64,000 nucleotides of DNA from Candidatus Woesearchaeota archaeon. Lineage in GTDB: Archaea; Nanobdellota; Nanobdellia; Woesearchaeales; UBA10216. The position numbers were made by a program, and so were the translations under genes. The DNA is taken from assembly GCA_016188155.1 (NCBI GenBank), contig JACPIH010000002.1, forward strand, positions 68,655 to 132,654. Reading direction: 5' to 3'. This document shows, piece by piece, positions 39,308 to 48,543 of this stretch. Numbering within the stretch: position 1 is the first letter of the stretch; every line of letters begins with the position of its first letter. The notes beneath the pieces were generated by a model. That model ran no database searches. It was not told the origin of the DNA and worked only from the letters and a program-made list of their open reading frames with translations.

Positions 39308-41191
39308 TCATATTTTGTATATCCTTATTCTGTTCCTATGGTACAGCAGATTGGCTTGAGCTTCGTCCTCTGTCAGGTTGTGCACCAACGTAATGGCTTT
39401 GCTGCCATTAATGGTGTTTCTGTATATGTCAAATAAGTCATCATTAATTAGGATGTGACTGATGTTGAGATCCTTCAGCCGCCTTAATAAGTCTGTAGTA
39501 TTGCTCATGCTCCAGTAGTCGATGTAATTCTGGTGGGGTGAGCTTATAACGTATTCCCTGTTTAGGAAATAGCCCCTTGGCTCGTTAAACAGCAGCACTA
39601 CAGAATCTGGTGTTGTGTTGGCATTTATCCAGGAAGCTGCGCCGTGAGCGTTGTAGTCTTTAAGCTGGTCATAGTATTCACCTTCACTTTCTCCAGACAA
39701 AAAGTAGTTGACACTCTTCGCGTTTATACCATACCATATTGCGGCATTAAATGCTAGCGAAACTATAAGCATCAAGAAAATGGCTGCTTTTAGTATCCTA
39801 TACTTGGACATTGAATCAATAACCATGGCTGTGGCCGCGCTTAACAAGGCTATTCCTGGGAACATGTACCTCAGCACAGGGTGGACCCAGAACTGTACCA
39901 TAAGGATGGCCGTGGCCATTACAAAGATTATGCTCCACGCTCTTATGTCCTTAACACCCTTGTAAAAGAAAATCAGCAGGGGTATTATCATGATGAAGAA
40001 TGGCGTGAGACCGATAACGGTGCCAAACGGCTTGCTGTTGAAGGTTATGTTCCAGTGCACAAGCAGGACGTTGGCCATGTTTTTGCCAAGGCCGACATAC
40101 TTATGATACGCTTCGTACGCGATGTCGTGCGAGGGCAAAAGGTAGTTCCCGCCAAAGATGCTGTGGCCTAAGGGGTAAACAGGGTTGCCTGTGTGAATGT
40201 AGCTTCTTGCGAGCCAGGGCATAGTGAGAAGCAGCACAACAGCAGCCAGCAGGAAAATCTCGATGCACGCTTGTTTTACGTTGACCTCTTTCTTGTACAG
40301 CAGCCTCGACAGCACCATGCCTATTACAAAGGCAAAGGCAACAAAGACGCCTGTCAGCTTTACAGCCGTTGCTAATCCTATCAGAATTCCGCATAACAGC
40401 GTCAGCAAAATTCTTCGGCGGCTGTCACTTTCATGGGCGTACTTGAACAGGACCAGGACAGCTGCGAGGAAGAAGTAAGCCACGCTTATGTCAACCATTG
40501 TCTGCGGCAAGCGCTCAATCATCACAGGCGCTGTAAAAAAAAGCAGAACCCCTGTTATCGCTGCTGATTCTGAGCTTTTTTTCCTGATAAGCGCGTATAT
40601 CGCGAGGCTAGCGAGGATGCCGAACGAGTAAGCTATGAGGGGCGAAAGATTTGGCGTTGAGAAAAGCTCTGAGATTGTGTACAGCATCGTCATGCCTTGT
40701 GGCATCGTTGTGTACATCTGGCTTGGCTGGTAAACGAGGCTGTGGCTACCGGCGTACACTTTCGCAAACGCGAGATGGTAAACCATTGAGTCAAACTCGT
40801 ACACTGGCGAAAGGGCGGGGATAAAGTTGATAAGTACGAAAAATATGCACGCGAGGAGCAGCACGCCAGCCAGGGTTGGCTTTAGCGTTTGCCTAATGTA
40901 TTTGCCAAGCAACATGGCAAGCTGGCAGAAGCGCTTTACTTCTTTGAAAAAAAGCACAACAGCTACTACGGCCATTGCGATGTAAAATCCACTGTAAAGC
41001 AGCTTGAACGTGCCTAGCAGGATTGTCAGGTTCATTATAACGCCTGCCCCTAATGCAACGCTGATGAGAAATTCCTCAAGTTTGCCAAGGTCTGTTTTGA
41101 ATATTGCAAGTATTCTCCTGCCGATGCTAAAAGTAACCACTAAAAATATGAGCAGCATGGTAAGGCTTACAATGGAAATTAGCAAAGACAA
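39308..41191 (-). CDS. GT-C fold membrane glycosyltransferase (ArnT/PMT-like, GT39/GT83-type), TTG start in current frame
   Basis: 627 aa, about 12 TM helices then about 180-aa C-terminal soluble domain; no WWDYG (not STT3/AglB). Confidence 0.55.
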   Translation of the reverse strand: MSLLISIVSLTMLLIFLVVTFSIGRRILAIFKTDLGKLEEFLISVALGAGVIMNLTILLGTFKLLYSGFYIAMAVVAVVLFFKEVKRFCQLAMLLGKYIRQTLKPTLAGVLLLACIFFVLINFIPALSPVYEFDSMVYHLAFAKVYAGSHSLVYQPSQMYTTMPQGMTMLYTISELFSTPNLSPLIAYSFGILASLAIYALIRKKSSESAAITGVLLFFTAPVMIERLPQTMVDISVAYFFLAAVLVLFKYAHESDSRRRILLTLLCGILIGLATAVKLTGVFVAFAFVIGMVLSRLLYKKEVNVKQACIEIFLLAAVVLLLTMPWLARSYIHTGNPVYPLGHSIFGGNYLLPSHDIAYEAYHKYVGLGKNMANVLLVHWNITFNSKPFGTVIGLTPFFIMIIPLLIFFYKGVKDIRAWSIIFVMATAILMVQFWVHPVLRYMFPGIALLSAATAMVIDSMSKYRILKAAIFLMLIVSLAFNAAIWYGINAKSVNYFLSGESEGEYYDQLKDYNAHGAASWINANTTPDSVVLLFNEPRGYFLNREYVISSPHQNYIDYWSMSNTTDLLRRLKDLNISHILINDDLFDIYRNTINGSKAITLVHNLTEDEAQANLLYHRNRIRIYKI

Positions 41192-41197
41192 AGGCAG

Positions 41198-41302
41198 TCA
41201 CCTCAGGTAGTATGCAATTATTTCAAATGCCTTCACCCAGTAGTAGGCGAGAAAAACAATAACCATCCATAACAACGCAAGAACTAAGCCAGCCCTTTTC
41301 AT
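41198..41302 (-). CDS. 34-codon hydrophobic micro-ORF in frame with downstream GT-C gene (separated by single TGA)
   Basis: ATG 41302 … MKRAGLVLALLWMVIVFLAYYWVKAFEIIAYYLR, TGA 41200-41198, then CTG CCT TTG(start of GT-C); TATA box about 27 nt upstream. Confidence 0.3.
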   Translation of the reverse strand: MKRAGLVLALLWMVIVFLAYYWVKAFEIIAYYLR

Positions 41303-41323
41303 TTCGCCTTTGGCAAGAACGGG

Positions 41324-41333
41324 CTTATATAAA
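41324..41333 (-). promoter_or_regulatory. TATA box (TTTATATAAG on minus strand) about 27 nt upstream of micro-ORF ATG 41302
   Basis: Sequence and spacing. Confidence 0.4.
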
Positions 41334-41411
41334 CTTAATGCTCAACTTAACGCCTGCCCGCAAAGGCAAAGGCACAAATAACTCTTTCAAGCAAGCCGGC
41401 AAAATAAATAG

Positions 41412-41421
41412 CTTTAAAAAG
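41412..41421 (+). promoter_or_regulatory. TATA box (CTTTAAAAAG) about 29 nt upstream of PfkB kinase ATG 41445
   Basis: Sequence and spacing. Confidence 0.35.
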
Positions 41422-41444
41422 AAAAGTATTGTTCCTTTTTTGAA

Positions 41445-42494
41445 ATGGATAGGGCGAAAGCAGAAGCTATTGAAAGAATAAGGTCACAGTATTCACTCGA
41501 GCGTTTAAAACAAATGCTTGATAAATTTAGAAATTTGAAAATCCTGGTGATTGGCGATGCCATCATAGACGAGTATCATTTCACTACCCCGAAAGGCAGG
41601 GCAGTAAAGGACCCTATCCTTTCTGTCGACTACATTAAGCACGAGGCCTATGCAGGTGGAGTGTTTGCCATAGCAAACCACTTGAGTGATTTTGCAGATA
41701 GCGTTACTTTGCTTACAATGCTTGGAGACAGGGACGACAGGAAAGATTTTATTGCCAACGCACTCAACAAGAATATAGTTACTAAATTTTTTGTCAAACA
41801 AAATTCTCCTACGACAGTTAAAAAGCGGTATTTGAATGCCCTTCGAAATGAAAAGCTGTTCAAGGTCGAATACCTAAACGATGCCCCCATATCGGAGGAA
41901 CTTGAAAGAAGCATACTCAACTTCTTGATTGAGGAACTGCCTAAATTTGACTTGGTCGTGGTAGGTGATTTTGGCCACAGCCTCATTACAGAAAACATGA
42001 TAAACGTGTTGGAGGGAAAATCAAATTACATCACCGTAAACGTCCAATCCAATAGTGCAAATCTCGGTTTTAACTTTGTTACAAAGTATAAATCCCCAAA
42101 TTACGTCACTATGGACATACCTGAGCTTCAATATGCCGTGTCTGACAGATTCAACGAAGTGCCTGTGCTGGCTGCAAAGCTTTATGCCAAGACGCGTTTC
42201 AAAAAATTTTTGGTAACAATGGGCGGGGCCGGCGCTGGCTACTTCAATGCGGGCAGACCAACATTTTTCCCTGCATTTGCGAGCAGGCCGCTGGACGTTG
42301 TTGGCGCTGGCGATGCGGTTTTTTCCATTACCTCACTGCTCGCTTACTGCAATTACGATGAGCTAATACCATTTATTGCCAATTGTGTTGGCGGCATTGC
42401 CGTTTCCTACATGGGAAACAAGGAGTACATAACAAAAAAGAAGCTGCTTGACTTTATTGAGCAAGTTTACAACGGGGATGTTCATATGCAGTAA
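41445..42494 (+). CDS. PfkB-family carbohydrate kinase, RfaE/HldE domain I-like (candidate heptose-7-phosphate kinase)
   Basis: ILVIGDAIIDEYHF…AYAGGVFAIANHL…; C-terminal VVGAGDAVFS (GAGDA PfkB motif). Confidence 0.6.
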   Translation: MDRAKAEAIERIRSQYSLERLKQMLDKFRNLKILVIGDAIIDEYHFTTPKGRAVKDPILSVDYIKHEAYAGGVFAIANHLSDFADSVTLLTMLGDRDDRKDFIANALNKNIVTKFFVKQNSPTTVKKRYLNALRNEKLFKVEYLNDAPISEELERSILNFLIEELPKFDLVVVGDFGHSLITENMINVLEGKSNYITVNVQSNSANLGFNFVTKYKSPNYVTMDIPELQYAVSDRFNEVPVLAAKLYAKTRFKKFLVTMGGAGAGYFNAGRPTFFPAFASRPLDVVGAGDAVFSITSLLAYCNYDELIPFIANCVGGIAVSYMGNKEYITKKKLLDFIEQVYNGDVHMQ

Positions 42495-42531
42495 AATATG
42501 CAGTAAACAGAACGTTATCAACTGCTTGGTT

Positions 42532-43623
42532 TCAGAAAGGCCCTGTGAAGCTCGGGTCTGGCACGTCCAGATATTTTGGCTCTTTTTTCTCTTCTTCTTC
42601 AATAAGCTCCCCTGCTTTGTCGCGTTTTCCAACCATTTCGCAGGCTGTTTTTATGACATCGGTGTGCCTCGGATAATAGTAGTTGGCAAGTGCCGGCGTG
42701 GATGGCGTTGGTATGTCGGGGGATGTGATTCTGCGGGGAGCGACAATCATATGGTCAAACGCCTCTTCTGAAACTCGCGCTACGACATCTCCTGCAAGGC
42801 CTACAGAGTAATAGCCCGAGTCTGCAACTAGCAAGCGCCCTGTTTTTTTGACTGATTCAATGATTTTTCCGTAATCAAGCGGCTTTACAGTTCGGATGTC
42901 TATGACCTCTGCTGATATCCCTGCTTTTTCCAAAACGGTTGCAGCCCTCAAAGCCTCCACAGCCATGTAGGAGGTTGCCGCTATTGTAATGTCGGTTCCT
43001 TTTCGTATCACGCTTGCCGCACCAAGAGGGACTGTGTAGGGCTCCTGAGGCACATACCCTGTCATGCTGTGCAGCCACCTGTGCTCTATGAATATTACCG
43101 GGTTGTTGTCCTGTATGCTTGCCATTAATAGGCCTTTGGCATCGTGTGCCGTGCTTGGCATCACTACCTTTAATCCTGGTATGTGGGCCAGAATGGCTTG
43201 CAGGTTTTGCGAGTGCTGGGCTCCCTGTCCCCAGCCCCTTCCGATTACTGCCCTGATTACCAAGGGGACCTTCATTTGGCCGCCAAACATGTAGTGCCAC
43301 TTTGCAGCGTTATTGACAAGCTGGTCCATCGCCAGCAGCAAGAAGTCAATGCGCTGGTGCACCATTATGGGCCTCATGCCCTGAATTGCAGCTCCTATGC
43401 AAACGCCGGTGACTCCCCCTTCTGATAGCGGCATGTCCAGCACCCTCATTTTGCCGTACTTTTCGCGCAGGCCCTTGGTTGTGCCGAAAACGTGTTTCGG
43501 GTCGGGAACGCCCTCGCCGATAATGAAAACAGAAGGATCCTCTTCCATGCTTTGGTCTATTGCTTCCTGTATCGCTGCAGCATAAGTTATTTCTCTTGTC
43601 CGCTCAACGTCTCTTTCAGCCAT
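42532..43623 (-). CDS. TPP-dependent 2-oxoacid dehydrogenase E1 component beta subunit (transketolase-like C-terminal)
   Basis: E1-beta-like pattern (…MPLSEGGVTGVCIGAAIQGMRPI…); acidic C-terminal tail. Confidence 0.75.
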   Translation of the reverse strand: MAERDVERTREITYAAAIQEAIDQSMEEDPSVFIIGEGVPDPKHVFGTTKGLREKYGKMRVLDMPLSEGGVTGVCIGAAIQGMRPIMVHQRIDFLLLAMDQLVNNAAKWHYMFGGQMKVPLVIRAVIGRGWGQGAQHSQNLQAILAHIPGLKVVMPSTAHDAKGLLMASIQDNNPVIFIEHRWLHSMTGYVPQEPYTVPLGAASVIRKGTDITIAATSYMAVEALRAATVLEKAGISAEVIDIRTVKPLDYGKIIESVKKTGRLLVADSGYYSVGLAGDVVARVSEEAFDHMIVAPRRITSPDIPTPSTPALANYYYPRHTDVIKTACEMVGKRDKAGELIEEEEKKEPKYLDVPDPSFTGPF

Positions 43624-43662
43624 TTTCCAAAACTTTAATGTATGTTGCTTGTGGTTGTTTGC

Positions 43663-44640
43663 TCAATCGGCATAAAGGTACTCGTGAAGGGCGCGTTTTT
43701 CCGGGAAGGGGCTTTTTTTGGCGAATGCTACGGCCTCTTCAACCTCTCGCATGATTTCCAAGTCTAGCTTTTCTAGCTCTTCCCCTGTTGCTACCTTTTT
43801 CGTGAGCATGGCTTCTTTAAATCTTTTAATTGGGCATTTCTCCATCCACTCCAGAATTTCCCTTTCAGAGCGGTAACCAAGGTCTTTGTCTTCGTTTGGG
43901 CCACAATGCTCCAGCCACCTGTAAGTTGAGAATTCTATAAATGCCGGGCCGGTGCCTGATCTTATGTTTGCAATGGCTTTTTTTGTAGTTTCATATACCG
44001 CAATGACATCATTGCCGTCTGCCCGATAAGTTTGTATGGCGTGGGCCTCTGCCAGTTTGCCTATTTCCCTGTTAGGCTGCCTTTCTGGCAGGGAGGTTTG
44101 GCAGGCGTAGAGGTTATTTTCGCATACAAACAACACAGGCAGTTTGTGCAGCGAAGAAAAATTTAGGGCTTCGTGGAATACCCCCTCCTCCACTGCCGAG
44201 TCTCCAAAAAAGGCGACTGAAATGCCTGGCTTGTTTTGCGCTTTCAATGCGAAAGCAATTCCCACGGCAACTGGTATTGTGCCGGCAACCAATGGGGTCG
44301 CGGCTATGAAATTCACAGCCAGGTCTATCAGGTGCATTGAGCCTCCTCTTCCCTTTGAACAGCCTGTTGCTTTTCCGTAAAGTTCAGCAAGCATGCCTTT
44401 CAGGCTTCCCCCTTTTGCAAGGTAATGCCCATGGGCGCGGTGGTTCGAAAAGACACAGTCTTCCTTGACCAAGTTTAGGCATACCCCTGCGGAAACGGCT
44501 TCCTGCCCTATGCACAGGTGAGTTGGGCACCTCATCTCCTGTTCATGATAAAGCTCAACAATTTTCTCTTCTGCTCTTCTGATCAAAAGCATACTTTTGT
44601 AAAGTTCAATCAGAGTATCGTTGGAGAACTGATTTTCCAT
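43663..44640 (-). CDS. TPP-dependent dehydrogenase E1 component alpha subunit
   Basis: FFGDSAVEEGVFHEALNFSSLHKLPVLFVCENNLYA TPP-binding signature. Confidence 0.75.
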   Translation of the reverse strand: MENQFSNDTLIELYKSMLLIRRAEEKIVELYHEQEMRCPTHLCIGQEAVSAGVCLNLVKEDCVFSNHRAHGHYLAKGGSLKGMLAELYGKATGCSKGRGGSMHLIDLAVNFIAATPLVAGTIPVAVGIAFALKAQNKPGISVAFFGDSAVEEGVFHEALNFSSLHKLPVLFVCENNLYACQTSLPERQPNREIGKLAEAHAIQTYRADGNDVIAVYETTKKAIANIRSGTGPAFIEFSTYRWLEHCGPNEDKDLGYRSEREILEWMEKCPIKRFKEAMLTKKVATGEELEKLDLEIMREVEEAVAFAKKSPFPEKRALHEYLYAD

Positions 44641-44705
44641 TTTGCTGTCGGCACGGCATAGTCTTTAAAAATCTTGTGCTGGTGCAACAATGAGATTGGC
44701 AGGGC

Positions 44706-45098
44706 TTAAACAGTTGAATAAGCCAGGAGACTTACGCCCAGAATTATGCTTGAAATGCCAAGCCACTTGAACCTGTTCATCCTTTCCCTGAGGAACTTCA
44801 TTGAAAGCAGAGAGACCCAGATGTAAGTAAGGGAGGTAATCGGATAAACCAAGGAAAGGCTCGCATTCTTCAAGGCCCACAGGTAAACAGGGGTTGGAGC
44901 TGCGTAAAGGAACACGCCAACAAGAAGGTTTGTATTTTTTATAATGCCTCGCAGTTGCTTAAGAATATCAATGGAAAGCGAAAACTCTGAAGCGCCTTTC
45001 TTAAAGAACAAGGCCCCAAACGCTGCTGTAACCGTAAAGACAGCTACAATCCCCGCAACCACTATTGTTTCAACCATGCTCAGCACCGTAACCAACAA
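44706..45098 (-). CDS. small 4-TM SMR/EamA-like membrane protein (ArnE/ArnF-like half-transporter)
   Basis: 130 aa; …SLVYPITSLTYIWVSLLS…GISSIILGVSLLAY pattern; paired with similar neighbour. Confidence 0.5.
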   Translation of the reverse strand: MLVTVLSMVETIVVAGIVAVFTVTAAFGALFFKKGASEFSLSIDILKQLRGIIKNTNLLVGVFLYAAPTPVYLWALKNASLSLVYPITSLTYIWVSLLSMKFLRERMNRFKWLGISSIILGVSLLAYSTV

Positions 45099-45429
45099 GG
45101 CTCACTCCAAGAACTATAAAGCCAACTCCAGCCCAGCTTATCAGCGGCAGCCTCTCGCTAAAAAAGAAAAAAGCTACAAGAGCAACCCATATGTAGCTTA
45201 AACCAATGAAAGGGTAAACAACTGAAAGTTCTGCGCGCTTCAAGGCACACATGAGCAGGATTGCCGCTATGAGGTAAAAAAACAATCCAATAAGAACAGG
45301 ATAGTTTGTAATAAGAGCTAAAGGCTCAAGCCTCAGCGAACCAGCGCCAAGCTTGTACAGGTACTGCCCTGCTGTTGAAAAAACGGTGAACAGAACCATT
45401 AACACAATGGCAAAAGACCTTGTTTTCAT
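45070..45429 (-). CDS. small 4-TM SMR/EamA-like membrane protein (ArnE/ArnF-like partner)
   Basis: 119 aa; …SVVYPFIGLSYIWVALVAFFFFSERL…GFIVLGVSLVGYG. Confidence 0.5.
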   Translation of the reverse strand: MKTRSFAIVLMVLFTVFSTAGQYLYKLGAGSLRLEPLALITNYPVLIGLFFYLIAAILLMCALKRAELSVVYPFIGLSYIWVALVAFFFFSERLPLISWAGVGFIVLGVSLVGYGAEHG

Positions 45430-45441
45430 ATAGCACCAAAT

Positions 45442-46548
45442 TCATGTAAGGCCGGAATAGAAGCTCCTTACTGCGTCGCATACAACTTCAAGCTCCTCAT
45501 CCGACAATTCCGGATAAATGGGGAGGCTCAATATTCTCTTAGCCTGAGCTTCTGCTACGGGAAAATTCCCCTCCTTGTACCCCAGCAGAGAGGCAGCCTC
45601 CTGCAAGTGGATAGGAATAGGATAATGCACCTTAGTTTCAACACCCAGCTTTAACAGGTGCTGCATCATCTCATTCCGCCTTTCGCACTGCACAATAAAC
45701 GTGTGGTACACTGGCTCTTCACCTTGCGCATCAACAGGAACCTTCACAACACCGTGCAATCTTTCCCTATACATGGCCGCCATTTCCCTTTTTCTCCTAT
45801 TCCAGCCATCGAGGTACCTAAGTTTAACGTTGAGGATAGCAGCCTGCAGATTATCCAGCCTTGAATTATAACCCCACATCTCGCATTCATCCCTGTTTTT
45901 CAATCCGTGGTTCCTGATTTTCACCAACTTTTCATAAAGGGCTGTATCGTTTGTGGTTATAGCGCCTCCGTCCCCGTATGCGTTAAGCGTTTTCAGGGGA
46001 TGAAAACTGAAACATCCGGCAATCCCAAAAGAGCCTGCCTTTTTGCCATTATATGAAGCCCCTACTGACTGCGCCGCATCTTCGATGACGTAAAGGCCAT
46101 GCCGCTTTGCAATATCCAGTATGGCACTCATGTCTGCCGGCCTTCCGGTAAGGTGAACAGGCATTATTGCCTTCGTCCTTCCCGTAATAGCCTCTTCTAT
46201 TTTATTCGGATCTATATTGTAATCATCCCTGACGTCGGCAAAAACAGGCTTTGCACCAGCGGCAATTATTGCCCCAGCAGTTGCCAGAAAAGAATTAGGT
46301 GCGGTTATCACCTCATCACCGCGGCCAATGCCTAACGCCTTCATAACCAGAAACAAGGCATCTGTTCCGTTAGCAACGCCAACTGCGTATCTGCAGCCGC
46401 AGTAGCTGGCGAAATTTTGTTCGAACTCTTTCAGCTCATTCCCGAGAATAAAGCTTCCAGATTGACAAACGTCATCTATTTTTTTGAGAATTTCATCCCT
46501 CAGCGAGTTAAACTGGGCCGCTATATTTACAAATTTAACTGTTTTCAT
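45442..46548 (-). CDS. DegT/DnrJ/EryC1/StrS-family PLP sugar aminotransferase
   Basis: …GVANGTDAL…GCFSFHPLKTLNAYGDGGAITTND…. Confidence 0.85.
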   Translation of the reverse strand: MKTVKFVNIAAQFNSLRDEILKKIDDVCQSGSFILGNELKEFEQNFASYCGCRYAVGVANGTDALFLVMKALGIGRGDEVITAPNSFLATAGAIIAAGAKPVFADVRDDYNIDPNKIEEAITGRTKAIMPVHLTGRPADMSAILDIAKRHGLYVIEDAAQSVGASYNGKKAGSFGIAGCFSFHPLKTLNAYGDGGAITTNDTALYEKLVKIRNHGLKNRDECEMWGYNSRLDNLQAAILNVKLRYLDGWNRRKREMAAMYRERLHGVVKVPVDAQGEEPVYHTFIVQCERRNEMMQHLLKLGVETKVHYPIPIHLQEAASLLGYKEGNFPVAEAQAKRILSLPIYPELSDEELEVVCDAVRSFYSGLT

Positions 46549-47642
46549 CTGAAAAACTCCTTCACTTTTTGAATGACGTACTCCTTCTGTTCGCCAGTAA
46601 GATGCTGATGGACAGGCAGCGAAATAATGTGGTCTGCCTGGTATTCTGTTGCTGGAAAGTCTCCTTTGACATAACCGAGGTATTCGCTTGCTTTTTGCAA
46701 ATGAAGCGGAATTGGGTAATGAACCTTAGCATCTATTCCTTGTTCCATAAGAAATTTAAGCAGCTTATCCCTATTTTTCACCATAATCACGTAATTATGA
46801 AACACATTTTTGTAACCCTTCCTTCTTGGAGGAATGGTAATGTCCGGTATCTTTGAAAATTCGTCATCATATAGCTTGGCATTTTCAATCTTGGCATTTA
46901 TAATCCAGTCAACATGCCTGATAAGGTGGTTGCCAACAACAGCATGAAGGGTGTCCAGCCTGCTATTGTAGGCATAAAACTCGCATTCGTCACGGCTTAT
47001 CAGCCCGTGGTTTCTAAGAAGCAACAATTTACCCCTCATCTTTTCCGAGCTTGTTACGACCATACCTCCATCTCCCCAAACGTTTATCGGTTTAAGGGGA
47101 TGAAAACTGAAGCAGCCTGTCACTCCAAAAGAGCCAACCTTCTTGCCATTTACCTCGGCGCCAATTGCCTGACATGCATCCTCTACCACAGGAATGGCAT
47201 GCTTTTTAGAAAGCAGCATTATCTTTTCCATGTCTGCAGGGCACCCATTTAAATGCACCGGGATAATTGCCTTGGTTTCCCCAGTTATTGCCGCTTCAAT
47301 AAGGCCGGCATTTAGTGTGTAGTTATCATCTACATCAACAAAAACAGGTCTTGCACCAACAGTCGCGATTGCTCCAGCCGTAGCATAAAAAGAATTTGCA
47401 GCAGTAATAATCTCATCGCCTGAACCAACTCCCAACGCGATTAGCGAAAGCCTCAGCGCATCAGTGCCGCTACCAACACCAACGCCGTACTTTGTTTGAA
47501 TCACCGCAGAAAAATTTTCCTCGAATTTTTCAAGTTCCCTGCCAAGGGTAAAATCACCGCTTTTAACAAGTTTTCTTATGTCACTAAGTATCAAATCCGG
47601 ATTATTAAACTGCTCCTTAAGGTACGAATAGCCAACCTCCAT
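46545..47642 (-). CDS. DegT/DnrJ/EryC1/StrS-family PLP sugar aminotransferase (tandem paralog)
   Basis: …GVGSGTDAL…GCFSFHPLKPINVWGDGGMVVTS…; 4-nt overlap with downstream paralog. Confidence 0.85.
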   Translation of the reverse strand: MEVGYSYLKEQFNNPDLILSDIRKLVKSGDFTLGRELEKFEENFSAVIQTKYGVGVGSGTDALRLSLIALGVGSGDEIITAANSFYATAGAIATVGARPVFVDVDDNYTLNAGLIEAAITGETKAIIPVHLNGCPADMEKIMLLSKKHAIPVVEDACQAIGAEVNGKKVGSFGVTGCFSFHPLKPINVWGDGGMVVTSSEKMRGKLLLLRNHGLISRDECEFYAYNSRLDTLHAVVGNHLIRHVDWIINAKIENAKLYDDEFSKIPDITIPPRRKGYKNVFHNYVIMVKNRDKLLKFLMEQGIDAKVHYPIPLHLQKASEYLGYVKGDFPATEYQADHIISLPVHQHLTGEQKEYVIQKVKEFFR

Positions 47643-47753
47643 CGGTTACGGGCGATTACGCTTCGTATATTAATCTTTTGGTTAGCATTGGAAAAAACAA
47701 AAGCTTTTAATAAGATAATTTGGCGAACATGCCCAAATGGAAAGGGGGCATTT

Positions 47754-48536
47754 ATGAAGAAATCAAAAATAGCATCGGTAGCGACAGATGCGCGTAGAGG
47801 CAGCAAGGCTGCCTCTAAATCGTTGTCCGTCATTATCCCAGTATACAATGAAGAAAAAAACTTGGCAAATGCTGCTAAGACGATAAACTCAGCAGTGAAG
47901 AAGTTCTTCTATGATTACGAACTAATAATCCTCAATGACGCAAGCACAGATAAAACGGCAGCAATCGCAACCGCATTAGCCAAAAAGGATTCAAAAATAA
48001 GATTTGTTGATTTTAAAATAAATCGTGGATTCGGAGCAATGTATAGGGAAGGCGTTACACGGGCAAAAAAGGAGTACCTTATGATGGTTCCGGGTGATAA
48101 CGAGATTCTTGGCGAGTCGATAGAAAACATACTGTCACACACTGGAGAAGCCGACGTAGTGCTCTCCTACACGGTAAACAAGGAAGCAAGACCACTGTTA
48201 AGGCAGGTAGTGTCCACTTTTTTTACTAGCCTCCTAAATTTTTTATTCGGCTTCAAGCTTAAATACTACATAGGCATGGTCTTATATAAAACAGCCCTTG
48301 TACAAAATGTGAAAATGACAACGAACAGCTTTGCATTTCAGGCGGAGATCCTGATTCGCCTGCTTAAAAGCGGCTATTCGTACAAAGAGGTTCCCATGAT
48401 GATAAGGCAATATAAAGGTTCACTGAAAAACCTTTTTCGGATTAAGAACTTAATTGGCGTGTTAGTGACTGTATTGCGGCTGCTTTTTGACGTATACATC
48501 CGCAAGGAAACAACATTGGGAAAAACTCAGCTTTAA
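47754..48536 (+). CDS. glycosyltransferase family 2, polyprenyl-phosphate sugar synthase-like (Dpm1/ArnC-type)
   Basis: LSVIIPVYNEEKNL…LIILNDASTD…; paralog of 38485..39195; start 47754 chosen because upstream part of ORF-track frame overlaps DegT gene. Confidence 0.75.
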   Translation: MKKSKIASVATDARRGSKAASKSLSVIIPVYNEEKNLANAAKTINSAVKKFFYDYELIILNDASTDKTAAIATALAKKDSKIRFVDFKINRGFGAMYREGVTRAKKEYLMMVPGDNEILGESIENILSHTGEADVVLSYTVNKEARPLLRQVVSTFFTSLLNFLFGFKLKYYIGMVLYKTALVQNVKMTTNSFAFQAEILIRLLKSGYSYKEVPMMIRQYKGSLKNLFRIKNLIGVLVTVLRLLFDVYIRKETTLGKTQL

Positions 48537-48543
48537 ACTGAAT

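Noticed and set aside
39308-41191. GT-C proteins as the oligosaccharyltransferase AglB/STT3
   Set aside because: No WWDYG motif or STT3-like C-terminal domain is seen in either GT-C protein. ArnT/PMT-like features (DE motif near the first loop) fit better. AglB is therefore not in this window.
41198-41200. TGA between micro-ORF and GT-C gene as selenocysteine or a reassigned sense codon
   Set aside because: TGA terminates several well-supported genes in this window (for example rmlB). No SECIS-like hairpin was noticed, so recoding is not supported. It is reported as an observation only.
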